A DNA stretch of 64,000 nucleotides from Minisyncoccota bacterium (GTDB lineage: Bacteria; Patescibacteriota; Minisyncoccia; JBAYJV01). This document shows positions 26,978 through 35,069 of the stretch, piece by piece. The notes under the pieces were generated by a model, which saw only the letters and a program-made list of their open reading frames with translations, was not told the origin of the DNA and did not search any database. The position numbers and the translations under genes are program-made. The first letter of the stretch is position 1. Each line of letters opens with the position of its first letter. The stretch spans positions 200,302 through 264,301 of the forward strand of contig JBAYJV010000002.1 of the NCBI GenBank assembly GCA_041664925.1, given 5' to 3'.

Positions 26978-28192
26978 ATGAACAGATTCGTATCGCAAAG
27001 GGCAAAGTACCTAAAAAGATCAGCAATTCGAGAATTACTCAAACTAACAGAGGAACCGGGCATTATCTCTTTTGCAGGAGGATTGCCTGATCCAGAGACT
27101 TTTCCTAACGAGAAACTTGCTGATATAGCATTTCGCCTGCTTAGAGAAAAATCTTCGAGAGTCCTTCAATACGGAACTACCGAAGGCAGTAATACCTTGC
27201 GCAATGCCTGCGTTTTATGGCTAGCGTCTCAGGGTATCCATATTACCAGAGATCAAATCCTCATAACCGCATCGTCTCAGCAAGGACTAGATCTTTTGTC
27301 TAAGGCTTTTTTGGATCCGGATGATGTTGTTTTTGTTGATTTGCCGACATATATAGGCGCACTTCAGGCATTTGGTCTTTTTCAAGCTCATATAGTTGGA
27401 ATTCCTATGGAAAAAGATGGCATGAATCTAACAATTCTAGAATCCAGAATTGTAGAAGCAAAAAGATCTGGAAAGCGCACTAAGGGAATTTATGTCGTAC
27501 CTGATTTCCAAAATCCAAGTGGCATTACGATGAGTTTAGAAAAGAGAACTCAACTGCTTGAAATTGCTAGAACCCACGACTTGCTCGTCTTTGAAGATAA
27601 TCCTTATGGAGAGCTTCGCTTCACGGGTGAATCAATTCCTTCAATTCGTTCTTTTGATGTTGATGGCCGAGTCATAATGCTTCTTTCTTTCTCAAAAATT
27701 TTGGCTGCTGGTCTAAGATTAGGTATCCTTATTGCCGATGGCGAACTAATGGAAACGCTAGTTCGCGTAAAACAACCGACAGATCTTTGCACTTCAAGAT
27801 ACATCCAACACTTAGCAGCAGGCTATCTTAATAGCGGTGAAATGGATGGTCATCTTTCGTTAATTCGCAGATGTTATGGTGAAAAATGCGAAGCGATGGT
27901 TGCTGCCCTTAAGGCACATATGCCCAAAAGCAGAGACATAAAATGGACTGAGCCTGAAGGCGGACTCTTCCTTTTCCTGACACTGCCGGAAAGAATTGAC
28001 GCCGAAGCAATGCTTGAAAGAGCAGTTGCCAGAAAAGTTGCCTATGTTCCAGGATATTTCTTTTATCCTGACGGAAGCGGAAGAAACACCGCAAGACTTT
28101 CTTTCTCAGTTAACACTTTAGAAGAAATACATGAAGGCATTGGAAGACTTGCGGAAGTTGTCGAAGCGGAAATTGCCAATCAAAAACTTTAA
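26978..28192 (+). CDS. PLP-dependent aminotransferase (class I/II fold-type I)
   Basis: PLP-lysine motif SFSKILAAGLRLG; N-terminal aminotransferase motifs. Confidence 0.8.
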   Translation: MNRFVSQRAKYLKRSAIRELLKLTEEPGIISFAGGLPDPETFPNEKLADIAFRLLREKSSRVLQYGTTEGSNTLRNACVLWLASQGIHITRDQILITASSQQGLDLLSKAFLDPDDVVFVDLPTYIGALQAFGLFQAHIVGIPMEKDGMNLTILESRIVEAKRSGKRTKGIYVVPDFQNPSGITMSLEKRTQLLEIARTHDLLVFEDNPYGELRFTGESIPSIRSFDVDGRVIMLLSFSKILAAGLRLGILIADGELMETLVRVKQPTDLCTSRYIQHLAAGYLNSGEMDGHLSLIRRCYGEKCEAMVAALKAHMPKSRDIKWTEPEGGLFLFLTLPERIDAEAMLERAVARKVAYVPGYFFYPDGSGRNTARLSFSVNTLEEIHEGIGRLAEVVEAEIANQKL

Positions 28193-28416
28193 CAACCTAC
28201 AACAGAAAGCATTAGTTTTCTAAGATAAAACATGCCTCGAGAATTGTTCCCGAGGCATTTTTAATTTACAAGATACAAAATACGCAATATATAACACAAA
28301 TATTGACTTTTAATATTTTTATGATTCAATAGAAGTAGTACTTTAAAATATTATATAGTTATCTGTTCTGCACTCTAGAATTCAATAAAACACAGAAACT
28401 TGCTTTGCTCAATGCT

Positions 28417-28465
28417 GTCCTCCTTCGCCAAGCCTGCCTGACGGCAGTCAGGGCTACGGAAGGAC
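28417..28465. repeat. REP-like element variant (CCTTCGCC...GCCTGCCTG...CAGGGCTACGGAAGG), copy d
   Basis: GTCCTCCTTCGCCAAGCCTGCCTGACGGCAGTCAGGGCTACGGAAGGAC, in the 5' leader of the Cas4-like gene. Confidence 0.5.
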
Positions 28466-28520
28466 ATAAGAGCTTCTAATCCTCACTTCGTTCAGTGAGA
28501 ATCTCTAATGGAGGTGAAAA

Positions 28521-29588
28521 GTGTTTACAATCACACCGTCGCAAGTAAGAAATTTTTTGATGTGTCCTTATTTGTACAAACTTTCAAGAGAAGAAAGGCC
28601 AAGAATCTTAGTGCCGACTTCTCCAAAAGCTGTTCTAGGAGAAGCGCTCCATGATGCTGTTAACCGTTTTCTTTACCAAATTCTCAACGACAATCCCCGG
28701 ATGAAAAAGCTTAGGCAGAAACGACTGGCTGAAGGAAAAAATGATAGGTACTTTTATCTTACTTCTTCTGGATTCCTTAAATTCTGCGCTGGATTGATTA
28801 TTGCTTCACTAGAAGGAGAGTCTTCTACTTCTCATCTTGTGAGAAATAAAAGACCAATTCGTTGGCCAGAAGATGCAAGTCCAAAACAAATTGAAGAACT
28901 CAAAGAAAGACTCTTGCTTACAGGGCTTGCAATGGCAAGAGATTATTACATTGCCAACCAAGAAAAACCAGCACCATTCCTTCGCGAACAACCATTGAGA
29001 GCAAGTATTCGTCAAGAAGTCGGTTCTGGAGTAGTACTTTCAGGAAGAATTGATCAAGCTAGAAAAAACAGTTTTGATAGAGTCTATATTATTGATCTTA
29101 AATTCGGATTTGATGGATTTGAATGGCAACTTTCTAAAGCTACAGATGAAGCAACAAGAAAAACAATAGTACTAACCCAGCTTGAAACTGACCCTCAGAT
29201 AATCGCATATTGGATACTTTACGAGAAAAAATACGGTACACCGCCTCATAGAGTTGGATTCTATTACCTCCAAAGTGGCCAATATTATTTCGTTGAGTGT
29301 ACTGCCGGACAGATTGATAACTTCTTTGAGATTATTCGTTCAATCTTGATTTCAGGAGAAAAAGAGAACTTCCCGCCACTTGGAATGTATCATGGATCTT
29401 GTCGCTACTGCGCGTATTCAGGAGCATGTAAGCATTATCAACAAGCAAAAGCAAGAAAAGTTTTTACAATTGAGGAAGCCGAAGAATGTCTACCTCAGTC
29501 AGAGTCTCTAATGAGACAGTTGGAAAATGAATTGAAAGAGATTAATTATGAAGAACAAAGACTAAAACTAACTAGACAGACCCGATAG
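28521..29588 (+). CDS. PD-(D/E)xK nuclease with C-terminal Fe-S Cys cluster (Cas4/AddB-nuclease-like), standalone
   Basis: N-terminal ITPSQVRNFLMCPYLYK; motif RVYIIDLKFG; C-terminal CRYCAYSGACKH cysteine cluster. Confidence 0.6.
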   Translation: MFTITPSQVRNFLMCPYLYKLSREERPRILVPTSPKAVLGEALHDAVNRFLYQILNDNPRMKKLRQKRLAEGKNDRYFYLTSSGFLKFCAGLIIASLEGESSTSHLVRNKRPIRWPEDASPKQIEELKERLLLTGLAMARDYYIANQEKPAPFLREQPLRASIRQEVGSGVVLSGRIDQARKNSFDRVYIIDLKFGFDGFEWQLSKATDEATRKTIVLTQLETDPQIIAYWILYEKKYGTPPHRVGFYYLQSGQYYFVECTAGQIDNFFEIIRSILISGEKENFPPLGMYHGSCRYCAYSGACKHYQQAKARKVFTIEEAEECLPQSESLMRQLENELKEINYEEQRLKLTRQTR

Positions 29589-29607
29589 CAAATCGGGTCT
29601 TTTTTTA

Positions 29608-29672
29608 TTGATTGCGTTTTCGAATCCTTCGACAAGCTCAGGATAAATTCCATAAGAAAATACGCAATCAAT
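29608..29672. repeat. MITE family 2-related element with variant termini
   Basis: TTGATTGCGTTTT ... AAAATACGCAATCAA inverted ends around core ATCCTTCGACAAGCTCAGGATAAATTCCATAAG. Confidence 0.4.
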
Positions 29673-29802
29673 AACCCGTCCGGAGCCCTGCCGCTAATTC
29701 ATAATTTCTTTAGGCCTTTATAATTAAAATTACTTCAACGAAATGGGTAGCAAAGAATGGCGCAGGAGGGTAATTAATTATATATTTGAATAAATTCTGA
29801 AC

Positions 29803-31041
29803 TTGTGTTATAAATTAATATATATGTCAAATTTCGATTTTAAAATTTTAAAAACATCGAGGAAATCTCTTGCCAGAAGAGGCGTTATTGTAACTCCGCA
29901 TGGTGAAATTGAAACACCAGCTTTTGTGCCTGTTGCCACTCAAGCTGCTCTTAAGGGATTGAGTCCTGACGAATTAAAATCATTAGAAGTTCAAATTATT
30001 TTTGCCAATACTTATCATCTTTTTTTAAGACCCGGCGAAAGTATTGTTAAAAAAATGGGTGGGTTGCATAAGTTTATGAATTGGAACGGTCCGATTATTA
30101 CCGACTCGGGCGGATTTCAGGTTTTCTCCTTAGGAGCTGGACTTGAAGAAGGAGTGGGAAAAATTGCCTCAATTTTTCCAGAAGAAAAGTTAAACAAAAT
30201 ATCAAATTACAAATTTCAAATTTCAAATAAATCTCAGATTCTAAATTCTAAATTCAAAATTCAAAATTCCAATAATAAGAATAGAATAAAGATTACTGAA
30301 GATGGCGTTGAATTCAGATCGCATATTGATGGCCAAAAAATTCTTTTAACCCCCGAGAAATCAATTCAGATTCAAAGAGACTTGGGCGCTGATTTCATTT
30401 TAGCTTTTGATGAATGTACCTCGCCGCTCGCTGACTATGAATACACCAAGAGCTCAATGGAGCGTACTCATCGCTGGGCGACTCGATCTTTGAATGCATT
30501 CAAAATTCCAAATTCTAAATTCAAAATTCAGCAAAGAATATATGGCATTGTTCAGGGTGGAGCATATAGAGATTTAAGAGAAGAATCGGCCAAATTCATT
30601 GGTAAGATGGATTTTTTTGGAATAGCCATTGGCGGATCGTTGGGAAAATCAAAAAAAGATATGCATAACATCCTTGATTGGACCGTGCCTTTGCTTCCTG
30701 AAAAAAAACCTCGACACCTTTTGGGGATTGGCGGAATTGAAGATATTTTAGAAGGAGTAAAAAGGGGAGTGGATACATTTGATTGTGTCGAGCCAACAAG
30801 AATCGCCAGAAATGGAAATCTTTTAACAAAAAAAGGGCGATTAAATATTCTAAATGCCCGTTATCGTACCGATAAAAATCCCATTGAAAAGGGTTGCCAA
30901 TGCTATACTTGCCAAAACCATTCTCGCGCTTATTTAAGGCATCTCTTTTGGGCGAAAGAAATGCTGGGGCCACGGCTTGCGACTATTCACAATTTGCATT
31001 TTATGATGAAATTAATGAAAGAGATCCGAGAAAATATTTAA
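29803..31041 (+). CDS. tgt: tRNA-guanine transglycosylase (queuine tRNA-ribosyltransferase) with low-complexity insertions
   Basis: DSGGFQVFSLG, LAFDECTSP, zinc site CQCYTCQNHSRAYLRHL. About 50-aa K/N/F-rich insertion after the FSLG motif. Likely true start at 29824. Confidence 0.85.
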   Translation: MCYKLIYMSNFDFKILKTSRKSLARRGVIVTPHGEIETPAFVPVATQAALKGLSPDELKSLEVQIIFANTYHLFLRPGESIVKKMGGLHKFMNWNGPIITDSGGFQVFSLGAGLEEGVGKIASIFPEEKLNKISNYKFQISNKSQILNSKFKIQNSNNKNRIKITEDGVEFRSHIDGQKILLTPEKSIQIQRDLGADFILAFDECTSPLADYEYTKSSMERTHRWATRSLNAFKIPNSKFKIQQRIYGIVQGGAYRDLREESAKFIGKMDFFGIAIGGSLGKSKKDMHNILDWTVPLLPEKKPRHLLGIGGIEDILEGVKRGVDTFDCVEPTRIARNGNLLTKKGRLNILNARYRTDKNPIEKGCQCYTCQNHSRAYLRHLFWAKEMLGPRLATIHNLHFMMKLMKEIRENI

Positions 31042-31085
31042 ACGAAGAATTAAATCGGAGGCTCAGTCTCCGATTTTTGATACAA

Positions 31086-31116
31086 ATTAAAAAAGTCCGC
31101 CACACTGGACGGACTT
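31086..31116 (-). terminator. Intrinsic terminator (duplicated cassette copy 1)
   Basis: AGTCCGCCACACTGGACGGACT with T-run on the minus strand; near-identical to 32213-32246. Confidence 0.5.
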
Positions 31117-31126
31117 TCGTTCAAAT

Positions 31127-31759
31127 CTATGGATTCTTGCTAAACACAGAAGGATCAACAATCTGCCCTACTTGTCCTCCGATAAATTCCTTCAGCAACG
31201 CTTCGCGTTCTCTTGTCTGAGTATAAGTCATGACAGAAATAAGACCTTTCAATCCTTTAATCAATCGCTCTGCCTGTTCTGCTCTGTTTTGTGTAACTTC
31301 TAGATTTCTTCTTAGTTCAGAATTTTCTCTTTTGATTTCATCGATCTTTTCCCCGCTTCTTTCAAGATCCAGATAAACTCCATTCAGCCTGTTTATTGCT
31401 TCATCATAGAGATTTCGATGAACATGCGTCTTGTAAATATCGTCAAGAACTTCTGCTACGGCCACTTGCAAAACAAATTCTTCGGGTATGTTGTCCTTCA
31501 GTTTCTGACAGATATTGATCACCAAAATTTTTCCCCATCCATCAAAGCGCTCAATTAACTCACCATGATCAATATTATCAATAAGATCATAGTGTCTAAG
31601 CAACGCATACGCTAACTTAACAGCCTTAAAAACAATCGCTTTTGAACACTTGGCTTCTTCTGCGATTTTTTCAAGAACACCTTCGGCAAAACTGCCATAC
31701 CTTAAAACTCGCCTTTTCTTGGTAGCTACGGTTGCACTACCGTCAGTAGACTCTCTCAT
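31127..31759 (-). CDS. Hypothetical coiled-coil protein
   Basis: SD AAGGAGG; promoter rc(TTGACA-N17-TAGGAT) at 31790-31830; terminator 31086-31116. The same promoter and terminator flank the 32248 gene. Confidence 0.45.
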   Translation of the reverse strand: MRESTDGSATVATKKRRVLRYGSFAEGVLEKIAEEAKCSKAIVFKAVKLAYALLRHYDLIDNIDHGELIERFDGWGKILVINICQKLKDNIPEEFVLQVAVAEVLDDIYKTHVHRNLYDEAINRLNGVYLDLERSGEKIDEIKRENSELRRNLEVTQNRAEQAERLIKGLKGLISVMTYTQTREREALLKEFIGGQVGQIVDPSVFSKNP

Positions 31760-31932
31760 TTTGTTCCTCCTTTGGAACTTTTGAGAACTACTAAAATCCT
31801 ATTACATTCATCTGTATTTGTCAACAATTTATCCGAGATATGTGGGAGGCTGAGCCTCCCACATATTTCTTTTCTTTGCTTTTTTTAATAGAAAGAAAAA
31901 AGTCTGCTTGTTTTTTTTAAGCAGACTTTTAT

Positions 31933-32148
31933 TTATTTCGTAAAATGTTCCCATGCACTTTTAGATCCAAGAACGATTGTTATGGCAATACCCCCAACAG
32001 CTATAGCTACTGGTATGGTTTCAAAAGGAAACCCATCATAATGTACGAAAGCTTCCACGAGCCGATAGATAAGCCAAGAAATTGCAGCTCCCCCAAGAAC
32101 AGTAACTAAGATTATACAACCTATCGCCCTTAGATAGTTAAAGAACAT
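31933..32148 (-). CDS. Small two-TM membrane protein
   Basis: SD AAGGAGG; promoter on minus strand at 32183-32212; terminator 31880-31930. Confidence 0.4.
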   Translation of the reverse strand: MFFNYLRAIGCIILVTVLGGAAISWLIYRLVEAFVHYDGFPFETIPVAIAVGGIAITIVLGSKSAWEHFTK

Positions 32149-32212
32149 TTCTGCCTCCTTTGGCTTGACAATAATTTTATCATACTATTTTAAACTTATT
32201 TGTCAATAATTA

Positions 32213-32246
32213 ATTAAAAAAGTCCGCCACGCTGGACGGACCTTCG
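32213..32246 (-). terminator. Intrinsic terminator (duplicated cassette copy 2)
   Basis: AAAAAGTCCGCCACGCTGGACGGACCTTCGTT; same sequence as copy 1 with two substitutions. Confidence 0.5.
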
Positions 32247-32247
32247 T

Positions 32248-32529
32248 TTATTCCATTGTTCTTAAAAGAGCTTTAAACTCATCAATTGTCATGCTGACGC
32301 TTAAGAAAACACGCTCATCCGACTCAATTGGCCCAGGAGGAAGCGTAATGTAAACTATCTTAACTTCGACAGTCGAGCTATTATCTTTTATAGAAGCGCT
32401 AATACGGATAATTGCATCGCTTAAGTTAAGAATATTAACTTCAAGTTTACAAATTTCGGCTAATATTAGTCTTCGCCCATTTTCTCTAAACTCCTTGTTT
32501 TTCCTTCCTTCGAGTAGATCGATTTTCAT
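32248..32529 (-). CDS. Hypothetical small protein
   Basis: SD AAGGAG; duplicated promoter/terminator cassette. Confidence 0.4.
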   Translation of the reverse strand: MKIDLLEGRKNKEFRENGRRLILAEICKLEVNILNLSDAIIRISASIKDNSSTVEVKIVYITLPPGPIESDERVFLSVSMTIDEFKALLRTME

Positions 32530-32609
32530 TTTTCTCCTTTTGTTTTAAGAACTATAAATATCCTATTATATTCATCCCTCTCTGTCAATAAAACAACTCA
32601 GCAATTACA

Positions 32610-32665
32610 CCCTCCTTCGCCCGCCTGCCTGCCGGTAGGCAGGGCTTACCGGAGCTTCGGAAGGG
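32610..32665. repeat. REP-like element variant, copy e
   Basis: CCCTCCTTCGCCCGCCTGCCTGCCGGTAGGCAGGGCTTACCGGAGCTTCGGAAGGG, paralogous to copy d. Confidence 0.5.
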
Positions 32666-32871
32666 CAAGCAACGAAACAATAATAAAAAGTAATAAATTC
32701 AAATTACCCCGCACCGGGGCGTCCTGTAGCAAAACAAGTTCGCTACAGGATTCTGAATTTTGTTTCTCCTCGCAAGCTCGAAGGCAAAATTCGAATTATC
32801 CACAATTGACTCTTGTAAAAATTTCGCTAGGCTGAGAATAGTACCTAAAAAAACGAGCTAAAGGAGGAAAA

Positions 32872-33459
32872 ATGTCCGCAACAGATCCTCAGTTAGAAGT
32901 TATTACTGGCTGCATGTTTTCTGGTAAAACTGAAGAGTTAATTCGTAGACTTGAACGAGTCCGAATCGCTCACGGAGAAATTCTTCTTTTTAAACCAACT
33001 ATCGATGATCGTTATAGTACTACTTCGGTAATGACTCACTATGGCCGAGAATTTCCTGCTCATCTCCTTGCTCCTGGGGAAGAGACAATGGAAAATTTGG
33101 AACGAATTGTTGGTCATGATGCAATCGAAAAAGCTGCTGTTATTGCTTTTGATGAAGGAAATTTCTTCTCTGAGCTCCTTCCTCAACTTTGCCAAGAACT
33201 TGTTGATCTTGGAAAAAGAGTAATTGTAAGTGGCCTTGATTTAACTTTCGCCGCAGAACCATTCGGTCCCATGCCAACATTAATGGCTCTTGCCGAAAAA
33301 GTAGACAAGCTTGTTGCTGTTTGCGTGAAATGTGGCGGTGAAGCTACAAGATCACAAAGACTTGTAGATGGAAAACCTGCACCGTCAAACGGTGAAGTGA
33401 TTAAGGTTGGAGGATTGGGTTCATACGAAGCTCGTTGTAGATTGTGTCATGAGGTATGA
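32872..33459 (+). CDS. tdk: Thymidine kinase
   Basis: P-loop GCMFSGKTEEL; zinc ribbon CVKCGG...CRLCH; SD AAGGAGG. Confidence 0.9.
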   Translation: MSATDPQLEVITGCMFSGKTEELIRRLERVRIAHGEILLFKPTIDDRYSTTSVMTHYGREFPAHLLAPGEETMENLERIVGHDAIEKAAVIAFDEGNFFSELLPQLCQELVDLGKRVIVSGLDLTFAAEPFGPMPTLMALAEKVDKLVAVCVKCGGEATRSQRLVDGKPAPSNGEVIKVGGLGSYEARCRLCHEV

Positions 33460-33469
33460 TACTAATCTA

Positions 33470-33498
33470 GAGGATGTCAGAAAGCATCCTCTTTTTTT
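33470..33498 (+). terminator. Intrinsic terminator after tdk
   Basis: GAGGATG-TCAGAAAG-CATCCTC + T7. Confidence 0.65.
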
Positions 33499-33605
33499 AT
33501 TTACCTGCTGTTGAAAACTCGAGTACCATTAAAACCAATATCTGGTATAATAGTTATAGGAGGCATAAGCCATCATAGTTTTCGTTTTTCAAACGAAATA
33601 TAGCA

Positions 33606-34862
33606 ATGATTATTAAAAATTTTACAAAACTTGCTTCAACGCCAGAGAGAAAAATCGCTCTCGATGTTGCCAATGCCGGCATTGAGGCTATTACCCCTGA
33701 TAAGGTTATAAAAGAAAATATTCGCTTGGACAAAAGCGTTCTAACTATAAAAAATAAAAGTTTTGATTTAAAGGAAATAAAAAATATTTATGTAATTGGC
33801 GTTGGAAAAGCAGCGTTTGAAACTGGATCAGCCCTTGAAAAAGTTTTAGGCGATAAAATCACTGAAGGCATTTTACTTGATATCAATAAAGGAAAACTCA
33901 AGCATCTTGAATCTTTCGTTGGTACCCACCCCTTACCGTCAGAAGAAAATATCAGGGTTTCAAAAAAAATTGTTAAGCTGGTTGAAAAAGCAACAAAGGA
34001 TGATTTGATAATTGCCTTAATTTCTGGAGGAGCTTCTGCGTTGTTTTGCCTGCCTCAAAAAGCTTCTGTTCAACGCATGGCATCGCTAACAAATCGCCTT
34101 TTGCGATCTGGGGCCGATATTTATGAAGTTAATACTGTCAGAAAACATTTATCCCAAGTTAAGGGAGGGGGATTAGCAAAATTCGCTTATCCAGCAAAAG
34201 TAGTAAGTTTAATTTTTTCTGATGTTCCCGGCGACGATCTTTCATTTATTGCTTCTGGTCCGACTGTCAAAGATGAAACTACAAAAATTGATGCTCAAAG
34301 AATTATAAAAAAATACGATATTAGAACTAATTCTAAGCTCTTTGAGACTCCAAAAGATAAAAAATACTTTGAAAATGTTACTAATATATTATTGCTTTCT
34401 GGAAGATACGCTATTGAAGCAATGCAAAAGAGATGTCAAGAACTGAAAGTACCTTGCACAGTTTATTCCTATGCTTTAAGAGGTGAGGCAAAAATTGTTG
34501 GTCGCAAGCTTTTACAAAGATTGCCAAAATCAGGAATTATGGTCGCCTCAGGAGAAACAACGGTTAAGGTTGAAGGGAAAGGAAAGGGAGGAAGAAATGA
34601 AGAATTGGTTTTGGGCGCTTTGCCTTATTTAGAAAAAACTGTTTTTATCTCATTGGCCTCTGATGGTTTGGATAATAGTGAAGCGGCAGGAGCAATCGGC
34701 GATGAAGATTCTTTGAAAAAATCTCAGGTAAAAAATTTAAATTGGCGGGAATATATAGACAATAATGATTCGTTTCACTTCTTTAAAAAACTGGATGATT
34801 TAATTATTACTGGTCCAACAGGAACAAATGTGTCCGATTTAATCGTGATATACAAAAAGTAA
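33606..34862 (+). CDS. Glycerate kinase (MOFRL/GckA family)
   Basis: VIGVGKAA N-terminal domain and C-terminal MOFRL region ending GPTGTNVSDL. Confidence 0.7.
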   Translation: MIIKNFTKLASTPERKIALDVANAGIEAITPDKVIKENIRLDKSVLTIKNKSFDLKEIKNIYVIGVGKAAFETGSALEKVLGDKITEGILLDINKGKLKHLESFVGTHPLPSEENIRVSKKIVKLVEKATKDDLIIALISGGASALFCLPQKASVQRMASLTNRLLRSGADIYEVNTVRKHLSQVKGGGLAKFAYPAKVVSLIFSDVPGDDLSFIASGPTVKDETTKIDAQRIIKKYDIRTNSKLFETPKDKKYFENVTNILLLSGRYAIEAMQKRCQELKVPCTVYSYALRGEAKIVGRKLLQRLPKSGIMVASGETTVKVEGKGKGGRNEELVLGALPYLEKTVFISLASDGLDNSEAAGAIGDEDSLKKSQVKNLNWREYIDNNDSFHFFKKLDDLIITGPTGTNVSDLIVIYKK

Positions 34863-34874
34863 ATACAAATTAGC

Positions 34875-35034
34875 ATAAATCCGAAATCCAAAGTACGAAA
34901 TTCGAAACAATATTTAAGTCCAAAATTATAAATTCAAAATAGTTTAGATCATTAATATTAGAATTTTGAATTCCTGTCTGCCGACAGGCAGGTGTTTCGA
35001 ATTTCGTGCTTCGAATTTCGAGTTTGTCTAAAAT
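34875..35034. mobile_element. MITE-like element, family 1 copy B
   Basis: Same termini (ATAAATCCGAAATCCAAAGTACGAAATTCGAAACAA / GTGTTTCGAATTTCGTGCTTCGAATTTCG). Carries a nested REP-like palindrome CCTGTCTGCCGACAGGCAGG. Confidence 0.5.
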
Positions 35035-35069
35035 TTTCACTTTCACTTTAAACTTTTAATTTTATAAAC

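Noticed and set aside
30180-30290. Possible CRISPR-like array from AAATTCAAAATTC repeats
   Set aside because: Units are 6-7 nt microsatellites with no spacers, and they sit in-frame inside tgt.
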